A DNA stretch of 64,000 nt from Myxococcota bacterium (GTDB lineage: Bacteria; Myxococcota_A; UBA9160; SZUA-336), in the NCBI GenBank assembly GCA_965247115.1, contig CBDFGR010000003.1, positions 1,600,001-1,664,000 on the forward strand. The letters run 5' to 3'. A model generated the notes under the pieces. That model was not told the origin of the DNA. It worked only from the letters and a program-made list of their open reading frames with translations, and did no database searches. Both the position numbers and the translations under genes were made by a program. Shown here in pieces: positions 17,683 through 27,325 of the stretch. Numbering within the stretch: position 1 is the stretch's first letter; each line of letters starts with the position of its first letter.

Positions 17683-18336
17683 ATGGTTCCGGTGCACGAC
17701 CTGGAGGTCCTGCTCTTCGATCTCGGGGGTGTGATCGTCGAGCTGTCGGGACTGCCGCAGTGGACCGCGTGGACCGGGGGTCGCTGGCGCGACGAGGAGC
17801 TCTGGCGGCGCTGGCTCTGCTCACCGAGCGTGCGCGCCTTCGAATCGGGTCGCTGCACACCGGAGGATTTCGCCTCCCGGCTCGTTGCCGAGTTCGATCT
17901 GCCGCTGGAGCCTGCCGAGTTCCTTGCGGCCTTTGCGGCTTGGCCCCGAGGTCCGTACGCCGGGGCGCTCGAGCTACTGCGGCAGCTGCAGAGCCGACCC
18001 TTTCGACTCGCCTGCTTCTCGAACACCAACTCGCTGCACTGGCCGCGCTTCCTCGACGAGATGGAGCTGCGACACCACTTCGACGCGCACTTCGCCTCGC
18101 ACGAGCTCGGCGTGCTCAAGCCCGACGTCGAGGCGTTTCGCGAGGTGGCGCGCCGCCTCGGCTGCTCGCCCCGCGCCATTCTCTTCCTGGACGATAACGA
18201 GCTGAACGTGGACGGGGCTCGACGCGCCGGGCTGCGCGCCGAGTGCGTCTCCGGCGTGGAGGGCGCGCGGCAGCGCCTCTATCAGCTGGGCCTTCTCAGC
18301 GGGGAGGCCGAACCATCCTCGATCCCCACCAGGTAG
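17683..18336 (+). CDS. HAD-superfamily hydrolase/phosphatase
   Basis: LLFDLGGV, FSNTN..H, SHELGVLKPD, LFLDD...NV.GA. Confidence 0.9.
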   Translation: MVPVHDLEVLLFDLGGVIVELSGLPQWTAWTGGRWRDEELWRRWLCSPSVRAFESGRCTPEDFASRLVAEFDLPLEPAEFLAAFAAWPRGPYAGALELLRQLQSRPFRLACFSNTNSLHWPRFLDEMELRHHFDAHFASHELGVLKPDVEAFREVARRLGCSPRAILFLDDNELNVDGARRAGLRAECVSGVEGARQRLYQLGLLSGEAEPSSIPTR

Positions 18337-19088
18337 GTGGCGGGCAGCGCCGGGATGCCGAGCGAGACCTGACCGATTTCCCAGCAGTAGTCCGGGGCGT
18401 CGATCGCATCTGCCAGGGCGCGGAGCTCGTCTAGCGTGTACGCGCGCAGGCAGGACACGACTCCGTCCCATACGACGACGAGCGGGATCACCGGGATCAG
18501 GTAGGTGAGCGGCAACCAGCGCCAGTCAAAGGGGCGCAGAAACGGGACGAGGAGAAGCACCAGTAGAGGGGTCATCAGGATCAGGAGGATCGCGAGCGGA
18601 TGACGTCGGACAATCTCGCACGCGACGATAGGCTCCCGCGCAAGCACCGCGTCAGCGAGCACCGCGCGCGCGTCCTCTGGACAGAAGTGGTGCAGACCGT
18701 TGAAGAGCGTGCGGAGCCCGGCCAGTCGGCGAGGAACGGCTCGAGCGTCGACGGGATCCGCCACGAACTCGATTCGGTCGGCCGAGAGACGAGCAACCCC
18801 CTCCAGTGCGGGGCAGTTCGGATACAGGTCCGTCAGGCAGATGCGAACGTCGAGCCCTTCCGCTTCTAAGTCAGGGACCATGGCGACGAGTGAGCCGCCG
18901 CCACCCGAGCAGAGGTCGACAATGCGTCTTGCACCACTCCTCCGGAGCGCGTCGCGGAGCACGGGCAGCAGCCGGCGCGGCTGGCCGGTGAGCCGGGCGA
19001 CGAGCCTGAGATAGCCGGTTGCCGCATCGCGGACGACGCGCGGAAGCCACGCTTGATCCTCGAGCTCGAACAGGTGGATGCGTCTCAT
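18282..19088 (-). CDS. Class I SAM-dependent methyltransferase-like protein
   Basis: IVDLCSGGGG, LTDLYPN, PVDARAVP, FNGLHHF, WDGVVSCLR. Confidence 0.75.
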   Translation of the reverse strand: MRRIHLFELEDQAWLPRVVRDAATGYLRLVARLTGQPRRLLPVLRDALRRSGARRIVDLCSGGGGSLVAMVPDLEAEGLDVRICLTDLYPNCPALEGVARLSADRIEFVADPVDARAVPRRLAGLRTLFNGLHHFCPEDARAVLADAVLAREPIVACEIVRRHPLAILLILMTPLLVLLLVPFLRPFDWRWLPLTYLIPVIPLVVVWDGVVSCLRAYTLDELRALADAIDAPDYCWEIGQVSLGIPALPATYLVGIEDGSASPLRRPS

Positions 19089-19105
19089 CGGCGCGCTGAG
19101 CGGGG

Positions 19106-20530
19106 CTAGGGCGCAAGCACCTCGGCGGCCGCGGTCTCGACCGCCGTCCCCTTGAAGAAGTCGGGGTTGGCCTCGCCCCAGAAGCGAACCGGGTTTGCAA
19201 AGGTGAAGTCGCGGAAGTCGCTCTCGCTGATGAGCCCGTGTTCCACGAGCTCGTGGGCCTCAGGCACCACGTGCGCCATGTCGGCCACGTCGAAGTGTCC
19301 GATGTCCGAGCCGAAGAGCGCGTTCAGACGCGCACCGCCGGGGTTCTGCTTCTGGTTGAAGGCCGACGCGTTCATCGGGTCGTCCGCCTCGCAGCCAAAG
19401 TAGAAGCGCTCGACGAAGAGCTCTCGGATGTCGTCGCGGGTTTTGATCTCACACGCGGAGTAGTCGTCGAGACTGTCAATGCGGCCGACCGTCTCCGGTC
19501 CTACGGAGCGACCGATCCCCTTCCCCTGTCGCAGCGCTTGCACGACGCGGTCATCCCCATGTTTCTCCGCGAGCTTCGTGAGCAGCTCTTTGTCGAGGTT
19601 GTCAGGATTGACTTCCTCGAGCCCACGGAGGCCGCGCACCTCCCAGTGACCGACGAGATCCGCGTACAGCTGGCACGCCCAGCCGACGCCGCCTTCGAGA
19701 AACGCAAAGTTCAGCGTCGGAAAGCGCCGCGAGACGCCGCCGAGAAAGAGCGCCTTGCAGACCGCTTCGCTGGCCGCCGCGAAGTGGCCGATGTGGTTGT
19801 AGACGAAGTTCGAAGGCGAGATGCGCAGCGCGAGCCCCCGCGAGCCGCGGTGGAACGTGGGTGACAGGCGGAGCTCCGCGCACTTCGCCCAGACAGGATC
19901 GTAATCGTGGTCGCTATCCAGCCCGAGCATGTCGAAGCGCTCTCCCGAGTCTTCCTGCGGCGGCCGCTGGATCATGCTCCCGAGCATCACGACCTTGAGC
20001 TCGAGCTCGCGGGTCACGTACTCCAGCTCCTCGAGAGCTTCTTCCGGAGTGTGCATAGGGATCACGGCGGAAGGCGTCATGCGGTCCGAGTAGGCCTGGA
20101 AGTGCTCGGCAGTCAGGACGTTGAAGGCCCGGCACGTCGCCCTGCGTACGTCCGACTCCGCGATGCGCGGAAGCGAGAGCCCTGCCGTCGGGTAGAGCAC
20201 CGCGAAGTCGAGACCGAGCTCGTCGAGTCGCTCGTAGAGCAGGCCCGGCAGCATCGCGGTAGCGCGATCGATGGTGTTCCTGGTGGGCGCGCCCCAGAAA
20301 GCCTCCTGGGCGATCTGCCGCTTTCTTCGCTCGTCGACGGACATGGCGAGCGCCTCGCGCACCCGGTGTCCTCGCTCGAAAAAACCCTGGAACGCCAGGT
20401 CCCCGCCGATCCGCCTCATCTCCTCGCCGACCACTGGCCCGAACTCGAGCCAGTGTCCGTCCGCATCGATGACGGGATGGTCGAGACGAGAGCGCAGCTT
20501 CGCCGCGGCCGATTCGGTGCTTGTAGCCAT
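19106..20530 (-). CDS. Amidohydrolase_2 family protein
   Basis: VIDADGHWLE, AVLYPT, YDPVWAKC, FLEGGVGW, FGCEADD, GSDIGHFD. Confidence 0.88.
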   Translation of the reverse strand: MATSTESAAAKLRSRLDHPVIDADGHWLEFGPVVGEEMRRIGGDLAFQGFFERGHRVREALAMSVDERRKRQIAQEAFWGAPTRNTIDRATAMLPGLLYERLDELGLDFAVLYPTAGLSLPRIAESDVRRATCRAFNVLTAEHFQAYSDRMTPSAVIPMHTPEEALEELEYVTRELELKVVMLGSMIQRPPQEDSGERFDMLGLDSDHDYDPVWAKCAELRLSPTFHRGSRGLALRISPSNFVYNHIGHFAAASEAVCKALFLGGVSRRFPTLNFAFLEGGVGWACQLYADLVGHWEVRGLRGLEEVNPDNLDKELLTKLAEKHGDDRVVQALRQGKGIGRSVGPETVGRIDSLDDYSACEIKTRDDIRELFVERFYFGCEADDPMNASAFNQKQNPGGARLNALFGSDIGHFDVADMAHVVPEAHELVEHGLISESDFRDFTFANPVRFWGEANPDFFKGTAVETAAAEVLAP

Positions 20531-20684
20531 CAGGACCTCCGTCTGAAGTGCCATGCCATCATACTCAGGGCCGGGTCGAATCGTTGCTGCGCTTTTGGAG
20601 TAAGCTCTGGCCGCCTGGAGGTGCGGTCCTATCGCGGCGAGTGGTCTCGGCGGTCGGAAGTGGAACTCCCAGGGCTACCTCTTC

Positions 20685-22694
20685 ATGGTGGGGATGGCCG
20701 TCCTCCTCGGACTGGCCGGCGCGGCCGGCGCCGTCGTCTTTCGGCTGTCGATCCGTCTGCTCCAGGCCACGTTCTTTGGTGGCGCCGAGGGGCTGGCCGA
20801 GCTGGCCTCGGAGGGTCTCTTCGTGGATCCTCGCGATCCGCTCGAGCGGGCGCGCGAGCTCGGGGCGGTCGCGCGTCTGGCAATCCCTGCCTGCGGCGGT
20901 CTGATCGTCGGCGTCCTCGTCTACTTCTTCGTGCGCGAGGCACGCGGGCCCGGTGTGCCCGAGGTGATGGAAGCTGTCGCGCTACACGGCGGTGTGATCC
21001 GCCGCCGCGTGGTGGGCCTCAAGACGCTGGTCTCGGCCATCTCGATCGGCTCCGGAGGCTCGGTGGGACGGGAGGGACCGATCGTTCAGATCGGCTCGGC
21101 AGCGGCTTCGTGGATTGGACAGCTGCTCCGGGTCTCGCCTCGCCAGCTCCGCACGATGGTGGGCTGCGGCGCGGCCGCGGGGATCTCCGCCACGTTCAAT
21201 GCGCCGATCGCGGGGGCTCTGTTCGCGGTCGAGATCATCATCGGGGATTTCGCTGTCGCGCAGTTCAGCCCGATCGTGATCTCTTCGGTCGTCGCGACGG
21301 TTGCCTCGCGTTTCTTTCTGGGCAATCAGCCGGCGTTCCAGGTCCCGGCCTACGAGCTCGTGAGCCCCCAGGAGCTGCTTGCCTACATGGTCCTCGGTGT
21401 GGCTGCAGGACTGGTGGCCTGGGCCTTCATCCGTTCGGTGCGAGCCAGCGAGAATCTGTTTGACGCCATCCCGATCCCTGACTATCTGAAGCCCGGTGTT
21501 GGGGGGCTGGGAGTCGGGCTCATTGCCCTGGTCCTGCCGGAGGTCTACGGCGTGGGCTACGACACGGTGGGGAACGCGCTGACGGGCCAGCTTCCCCTGG
21601 TCATGCTGGGAGCGCTGCTGATCGCGAAGCTCCTGGCGACTTCGCTGACGATCGGGTCGGGTGGATCGGGAGGGATCTTCGGTCCCTCTCTGTTCCTCGG
21701 CGCTACGATCGGAGGCCTGCTCGGCGGGATCGTTCATCAGCTCTTCCCAGGGGCGACCGCCGCATCCGGCGCGTACGCCCTGGTGGCGATGGGCGCGGTC
21801 GTCGCGGCCTCCACGCACGGGCCGATCACCGCGATCATCATGATCTTCGAGATGACCCAGACCATCGAGATCATCCCACCGCTGATGGCCGCCTGTGTCA
21901 TCAGCACGCTCGTCGCGACCTTCCTGGATCGGGACTCGATCTACACGCAGAAGCTGAGACGGCGGGGCGTCGACCTGGCGACGGATGACGACCCGAACGT
22001 TCTCAAGGGCCTGTACGTGCGCGACGTCGTCAATCGGGAGCCCGAGGTCGTTCCCGCCTCGGCCAGCTTCGCAACCGTGATGGAGCTCATCGTCGAGAGC
22101 GAGCATGGCGAGTTCTTCGTCGAGAACGATCGCGGCGAGTTCGTGGGTGCCATCTACCTGCGACAGGTGCGCCGCCTGCTCAAGGAGCAGGAGCAGCTGC
22201 GCAAGATCGTGGTTGCCGGGGACATGGTCGAGGAGCGTGTCAGCGTGACCGAGGACGACACCCTCGACACCGCCATGCGCATCTTCAGCCGCGGCGTCGC
22301 CACCGAGATCGCCGTCGTCGACGCGGCGAACCCCCAGCGTCTGGTGGGATCGATCCACCAACGCGACGCGATCATGGCGTACAACGAGGAATCGCTGCGC
22401 CGGGATCTTGTGGGCGGCGTGTCGAACCGGATCTCCATCGCGGGCAGCGAGCGTCGCGTCGACCTGGGAGGTGGCTACGTGCTCGAGGAGAGGCTCGCGC
22501 CCGCGAAGTTCGCCGGGAAGACGCTGCGCGAGCTCGATCTCCGCAATCGAGGCGGTGTTCAGGTCCTGCTCATTCGCAGCGGAGACGAGAGACGCGGTAT
22601 CCGGGTGCCCGGTCCCGACGACCGCATCGAGCACGAGGATCACCTGGTGGTAGCGGGACCGCGTCCTGAGGTCGAGAATCTGGAGCGACTCTAG
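20685..22694 (+). CDS. ClC-family anion channel/transporter with CBS pair and C-terminal TrkA_C (RCK_C) domain
   Basis: GPGVPE, GGSVGREGP, FNAPIAG, GGIFGP and SIYT. CBS repeats follow, then GKTLRELDLR..GVQVLLI. Start uncertain. Confidence 0.92.
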   Translation: MVGMAVLLGLAGAAGAVVFRLSIRLLQATFFGGAEGLAELASEGLFVDPRDPLERARELGAVARLAIPACGGLIVGVLVYFFVREARGPGVPEVMEAVALHGGVIRRRVVGLKTLVSAISIGSGGSVGREGPIVQIGSAAASWIGQLLRVSPRQLRTMVGCGAAAGISATFNAPIAGALFAVEIIIGDFAVAQFSPIVISSVVATVASRFFLGNQPAFQVPAYELVSPQELLAYMVLGVAAGLVAWAFIRSVRASENLFDAIPIPDYLKPGVGGLGVGLIALVLPEVYGVGYDTVGNALTGQLPLVMLGALLIAKLLATSLTIGSGGSGGIFGPSLFLGATIGGLLGGIVHQLFPGATAASGAYALVAMGAVVAASTHGPITAIIMIFEMTQTIEIIPPLMAACVISTLVATFLDRDSIYTQKLRRRGVDLATDDDPNVLKGLYVRDVVNREPEVVPASASFATVMELIVESEHGEFFVENDRGEFVGAIYLRQVRRLLKEQEQLRKIVVAGDMVEERVSVTEDDTLDTAMRIFSRGVATEIAVVDAANPQRLVGSIHQRDAIMAYNEESLRRDLVGGVSNRISIAGSERRVDLGGGYVLEERLAPAKFAGKTLRELDLRNRGGVQVLLIRSGDERRGIRVPGPDDRIEHEDHLVVAGPRPEVENLERL

Positions 22695-22763
22695 GTTCCC
22701 TCGACGACAAGCTCGCCGAGCGAGCTGGCTCGAACGCAGCTCCCGGTCGCTATAGTAAGACGT

Positions 22764-23903
22764 GTGCCGGGGGCGCTTCTCGAGACGGTCGAGCGGATCC
22801 ATGCCTCGAGCTGGCGTGCCGTGTTGGCCATCACGGGAGGCGGAGCTGGCGCGATCGCGCAGCTGCTCTCGGTGCCGGGCGCCTCGCGCACCGTGCTCGA
22901 GGCTGTCGTTCCTTACGGATCAGAAGCGCTGGCCGATCTGCTGGGCGCTGCTCCGGAGCAGGCTTGCAGCGTCGAGACGGCTCTCGACATGGCGCGACGC
23001 GCGCATGCTCGCGCGCGTGCCCTCGAGCCGGGAAACGACTCGCTGATCGGCCTGGCGGTGACATCGAGTCTCGCCAGCGACCGGCCAAAGAGGGGCGATC
23101 ATCGCTGCCACGTGGCGGTCGCCGCCCCTTCGGGAGTCGAGCGCTGGTCTATCACCCTGAAAAAGGGGGCTCGGGATCGGGCCGCCGAGGAGGAGCTCGT
23201 CGCGAGCGTCGCGATCTCGGTGTTAGCAATGGCATGTGGAGTCCGAGGATCCGAGCTCGAGTCGCTGCTCGGCCCGAGCGACGAGCTCAGCGACCACCCG
23301 CCGGCGGAGCTCCGCGACCCGATCACCGAGCTCGTCGCCGGAGAGCTCGATCGTGTCACCCTGCGTGCCGACGGAAGCTGGGTGGACGAGCGGCCGCCTC
23401 CGCGGGGCGTGCTCGCGGGGTCGTTCAACCCGCTGCACGATGGACACCGGGAGCTCGCGCGCGTGGCCGAAGAAATCGTCGGAGTACCGAGCGCCTTCGA
23501 GCTCTCGGTCACGAACGTCGACAAGCCGGGCCTGTCTGTCAGCGAGGTGCGCCGGCGGGTTCCTCAGTTCGCGGACGAGGGTGTGCTGGAGCTCACCCGA
23601 GGCGCGACGTTTCGAGAGAAGGCTCGTCTCCTGCCGGGAGCCACGTTCGTGGTCGGTGCAGACACTGCTCTGCGAGTGGTCGATGCCCGCTACTACGATG
23701 ACAGCGAGTGGGCGATGCTCGCAGCCCTGGAGGAGATCGTGCGGCGAGACTGCCGATTCCTCGTCGCTGGCCGCGTCGCCGCGAACGGTCAATTCCAGAC
23801 CCTGAGCGACATCGCCGTGCCGCATCAGTTCCCTGAGCTCTTCGCCGAGATCCCGGAGTCCCGCTTCCGCGCCGACATTGCCTCTACCCACCTGCGCACC
23901 TGA
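22764..23903 (+). CDS. CinA/PncC-like domain fused to HxGH nucleotidyltransferase (NMN/NaMN adenylyltransferase-like)
   Basis: ITGGG...LLSVPGASRTVLEAVVPY N-domain. GSFNPLHDGH, FVVGADT and DIASTHLR C-domain. Confidence 0.8.
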   Translation: MPGALLETVERIHASSWRAVLAITGGGAGAIAQLLSVPGASRTVLEAVVPYGSEALADLLGAAPEQACSVETALDMARRAHARARALEPGNDSLIGLAVTSSLASDRPKRGDHRCHVAVAAPSGVERWSITLKKGARDRAAEEELVASVAISVLAMACGVRGSELESLLGPSDELSDHPPAELRDPITELVAGELDRVTLRADGSWVDERPPPRGVLAGSFNPLHDGHRELARVAEEIVGVPSAFELSVTNVDKPGLSVSEVRRRVPQFADEGVLELTRGATFREKARLLPGATFVVGADTALRVVDARYYDDSEWAMLAALEEIVRRDCRFLVAGRVAANGQFQTLSDIAVPHQFPELFAEIPESRFRADIASTHLRT

Positions 23904-23946
23904 ACGTACTTGCAAGCCCCGGGTGCTTGGAGTCCAATGGGCTGCG

Positions 23947-24177
23947 ATGAAGCGCAGTCCCAGGTCGAAGACGGCCCCCCGCCCGCGTCGGCGGGGAGGA
24001 GAGAGATCTCCCCGTCGCGTGCCGCCCGACCACTCCCGGCAAGCACGAGCAGCGCTTCTCAGAGCGGACTTTCGCGGGCCCGAGCGGCGCACACGTCGTC
24101 GCTCTAGGTCCGCCTGGATCCTACTCCTTGCAATCGGCTGGGTCGCCACAGGCTTGGCGCTCGCCTTGCTGGGATGA
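23947..24177 (+). CDS. Possible small basic protein with a C-terminal transmembrane helix
   Basis: Fills the intergenic gap and ends in AWILLLAIGWVATGLALALLG. No recognisable family. Confidence 0.35.
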   Translation: MKRSPRSKTAPRPRRRGGERSPRRVPPDHSRQARAALLRADFRGPERRTRRRSRSAWILLLAIGWVATGLALALLG

Positions 24178-24199
24178 GCCCTGGCTGGAGGGATTGAGC

Positions 24200-25606
24200 G
24201 TGGCAGAACCAGAGATCCATGCACTGACGCTGAGCGAGCTCGCCGGCCTGTTGAAGGCGCGCGAGCTCTCTCCGGTCGAGGCGACGCAGGCTACGCTGGA
24301 TCGGATCGAGCGTCTCGAGCCGGAGCTGCACGCGTTCGCAACCGTGCTCCCAGAGGCCGCCCTGGAATCCGCCCGCCGGGCCGAGGTGGAGATCGGAAGA
24401 GGTGAGTACCGCGGAACGCTCCACGGGATTCCGGTCGCCGTAAAGGACCTGTGCGCGATCAAGGGTGTCCGCACGGCGAGCGGGACGCGTGTGATGTCCG
24501 ATCGCGAGCCCGATCACACGGCGGCGGTGGTGGACGGACTCGAAGGCGCCGGCGCCGTGATCCTCGGCAAGACGCAGTTGACCGAGGGCGCGTACGGCTG
24601 GCACCATCCCGACGTCACCCCGCCGGTGAATCCCTGGGGCGCGGAGTACTGGACCGGCGTGTCGTCGAGCGGCTCTGGAGTGGCGACTGCCGCCGGACTC
24701 TGCTTCGGCTCGCTGGGCAGCGACACGGGTGGCTCGATCCGCTTCCCCTCGGCGTGCTGTGGGCTTGTCGGCATCAAGCCCACCTACGGTCGTGTGAGCC
24801 GCTACGGCGTCTTCCCGCTCGCGCACACGCTGGATCACATCGGTCCGATGACGCGGAGCGTGGCGGATGCGGCCGCCATGCTGCGAGCCCTCGCGGGCGG
24901 GGACCCGAGGGACCCCACGTCGCTGCGCGATCCGGTGCCGGACTACGAGGCCGAGCTCACGGGCGGGCTCGGAGGAATCCGTCTGGGCATCGACCGCGAG
25001 TTCTGTAGTCGAGGCGTGCACCCCGAGGTGAGTGAGGTCGTGCTGTCCGCGTTGCAGAGCTTCCTCGAGCTCGGAATTGAGATGCGAGAGGTCGTCGTTC
25101 CGCCCACGCGCGCGCTGATGGACGGCTGGGCCAGTGTGGCCGCGGTCGAGTGCGCGATGGCCCACGCGGATACCTTCCCGAGCCGCGCTGACGACTACGG
25201 TCCCGAGCTTCGCGCTCTGATCGAGCTCGCCTCGCGCGTATCGGGCGCGGACTACGCGCGGATGGAGATCGAGCGCGCAGTCTTCAAGCGCGGGCTCGAG
25301 GATCTGTTCGACACGATCGATCTTCTCATCCTGCCCGCCCTTCCCAGCCTCCCGCCGCTCGCCGCCACGGCCATCGCCGGCAATCCGGCACAAGGAGACG
25401 GGGCAGGCAACCTGCTCCAGTTCACGGCGCCCTTCGACTTCTCGGGGAGCCCGACCCTCTCGTTGCCAGGTGGCTTTACGCAGGACGGCCTTCCTCTCGG
25501 GTTCCAGCTCGTCGGTCGCCATGTCGACGAGGCGCTGTTGTGCCGTGCGGGTCACGCGTACCAGGGGGTCACGAACTGGCACGAACGGCGCCCGCCAGCG
25601 GCGTAG
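24200..25606 (+). CDS. Amidase signature family protein
   Basis: GIPVAVKDL, GVSSSGSG, GSDTGGSIRFPS, LDHIGPM, GLPLGFQL. Confidence 0.95.
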   Translation: MAEPEIHALTLSELAGLLKARELSPVEATQATLDRIERLEPELHAFATVLPEAALESARRAEVEIGRGEYRGTLHGIPVAVKDLCAIKGVRTASGTRVMSDREPDHTAAVVDGLEGAGAVILGKTQLTEGAYGWHHPDVTPPVNPWGAEYWTGVSSSGSGVATAAGLCFGSLGSDTGGSIRFPSACCGLVGIKPTYGRVSRYGVFPLAHTLDHIGPMTRSVADAAAMLRALAGGDPRDPTSLRDPVPDYEAELTGGLGGIRLGIDREFCSRGVHPEVSEVVLSALQSFLELGIEMREVVVPPTRALMDGWASVAAVECAMAHADTFPSRADDYGPELRALIELASRVSGADYARMEIERAVFKRGLEDLFDTIDLLILPALPSLPPLAATAIAGNPAQGDGAGNLLQFTAPFDFSGSPTLSLPGGFTQDGLPLGFQLVGRHVDEALLCRAGHAYQGVTNWHERRPPAA

Positions 25607-25637
25607 AGGGTACACGCGTGGGGCAGACGAGCTGGCT

Positions 25638-25981
25638 CTAGGAGGTCTCGTCGGAGTCCGCTGCGCGACGTTGACGAAGGGCATCCGCGAGAGCGTCGCC
25701 CAGCTCCGGGGCGTTGCGCAGGTGCAGGTCTTGCTGCGGGTACGGGATCCGAATTCCCGCGGCCTCCAGGGCTTCTCCGGTCGCAACACCGAGGTCGCTC
25801 ATGACCGCGAGAAAGCCGCGCTCGCTCTCGGTCCACGCGCGCAGCTCGAAGTCGAGCGCGCTCTCTCCGAAGCCCCGGAAAAGCGCTTCTGGTGCGGGTT
25901 CGTCCAGCACCTCTGGATTCCCGCGGGCTAGCTGCTCGAGGAGCTCGATCACTTGCCTGGGCTTGGTTCCGTACGCTGCTC
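25638..25981 (-). pseudogene. 3' remnant of a small-conductance mechanosensitive channel (MscS C-terminal domain only)
   Basis: AAYGTKPRQVIELL...P.ALFRGFGESALDFELRAW...GIRIPYPQQDLHL. The TM and beta domains are absent and the sequence abuts the efflux adaptor fragment. Confidence 0.8.
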
Positions 25982-26946
25982 GCGTGCTGGAGAGCCTTCA
26001 CTTCGTAGAGGGGCGCGCTGTCGAGAAGGACCACCTGCTGTACAACATCGATCCGCGCCCTTTCGAGTCGAAGGTGGTGGAGGCCAGGGGCCGCCTCGCG
26101 GAGGCGCAGACCATGCTCGCCAAGGCGCGGGCAGATCTCGATCGGATCCGGCCATTGGCGGAGATGCGGGCGGTCAGCCAGCAGGACCTCGATGCTGCGG
26201 TTGCGCAGTATGAAGCGGCCATTGGAGCCGCGCAGGCCTCGGAGGCACAGCTCGAGCAAGCCGACATCGAGCTCGGCTACACGCGCATTCACTCACCCAT
26301 TGATGGGCGCATCGGCCTGACCCAGGCAAAGGTCGGCGAGTTCGTGGGCCGGTCCCCGAACCCGGTGGTTCTCAACTTCGTATCCCAGACTGACCCGATC
26401 CGGATCCGTTTCGCAATCGATGAGCGGCGCTACCTGCGGTTTGCACGTCAGCTCCGGGACGTTACGGATGAGGGGGTGCCCGCAGGGGTAGGGCTGGAGC
26501 TGATCCTGGCCGATGGGGTCCTGCACGAGTACGTTGGCAACATTGTCGGAGCGGACGCGGCGGTCAACCCGACGACCGGGACCTTCACTCTGGAGGCGGA
26601 CTTCCCGAATCCCGATAACATCGTGGTGGCGGGACAGTTCGCGCGCGTTCGGGCGGTGGTCGAGACGCGAAGGGACGCGCTGCTGATCCCAAAGCGCTGC
26701 GTCAGCGAGCTGCAGGGGAACTTCCGGGTCTTCGCCGTCACGCGGGATGGCCGCGTCGAGCTCCGAGAGGTGCAGCCTGGCCCGGCGATCGGAAGGCTCC
26801 AGATCATCGAGTCTGGGGTCGAGGCGGGCGAGCGCATCGCCCTGGAGGGTGCGTTGCTGAAGGACGGCATGAAGGTCACGGGAAAGCTCGCCGAGCTCGA
26901 CGAAGCGGGAGCCGTGCAGGACACATCCGACCAGACCGGAGCCTGA
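25982..26946 (+). pseudogene. RND efflux periplasmic adaptor (MFP), 5'-truncated
   Basis: Begins mid-lipoyl domain at VLESLHFVEGRAVEKDHLLYNIDPRPF. YTRIHSPIDGRIG, TTGTFTLEADFPNP and GQFARVR are present. No signal/anchor or start region. Confidence 0.82.
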
Positions 26947-26949
26947 CAC

Positions 26950-27325
26950 TTGGCCGAATTCTTTGTTCGCCGGCCCATCGTCGCGATGGTGATCGCCATC
27001 GTCATCGTCATCGTGGGTCTGGTGGCGCTGGGTAGCCTCCCAGTTGCCCAGTACCCGGAGATCACGCCGCCGATGGTTTCGGTGTCGGGAACCTACACCG
27101 GCGCGAGCGCCGTCAACGTAGAGCAGTCCGTCGCGACACCCGTTGAGCAGAAGGTCAACGGCGTCGAGGACATGATCTACATGAAGTCGATCAACTCCGG
27201 CGACGGCGTCATGACCCTCGAGGTCTCGTTCGAGGTCGGCACCGACCTGGACATGGCCAACGTGCTGACGCAGAACCGCGTGTCCGAGGCGCAGCCCAGC
27301 CTACCCGAGGAGGTCAAGCGCCTAG
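26950..27325 (+). pseudogene. RND efflux permease (AcrB/MexB type), N-terminal fragment before IS
   Basis: MAEFFVRRPIVAMVIAI...LPVAQYPEITPP...LPEEVKRL, then the IS begins. Confidence 0.92.

Noticed and set aside
20584..20685. Frameshifted N-terminal extension of the ClC gene (LLRFWSKLWPPGG... joined to RKWNSQGYLF)
   Set aside because: Plausible but unsupported without homologue alignment. The ATG at 20685 already gives all conserved motifs.
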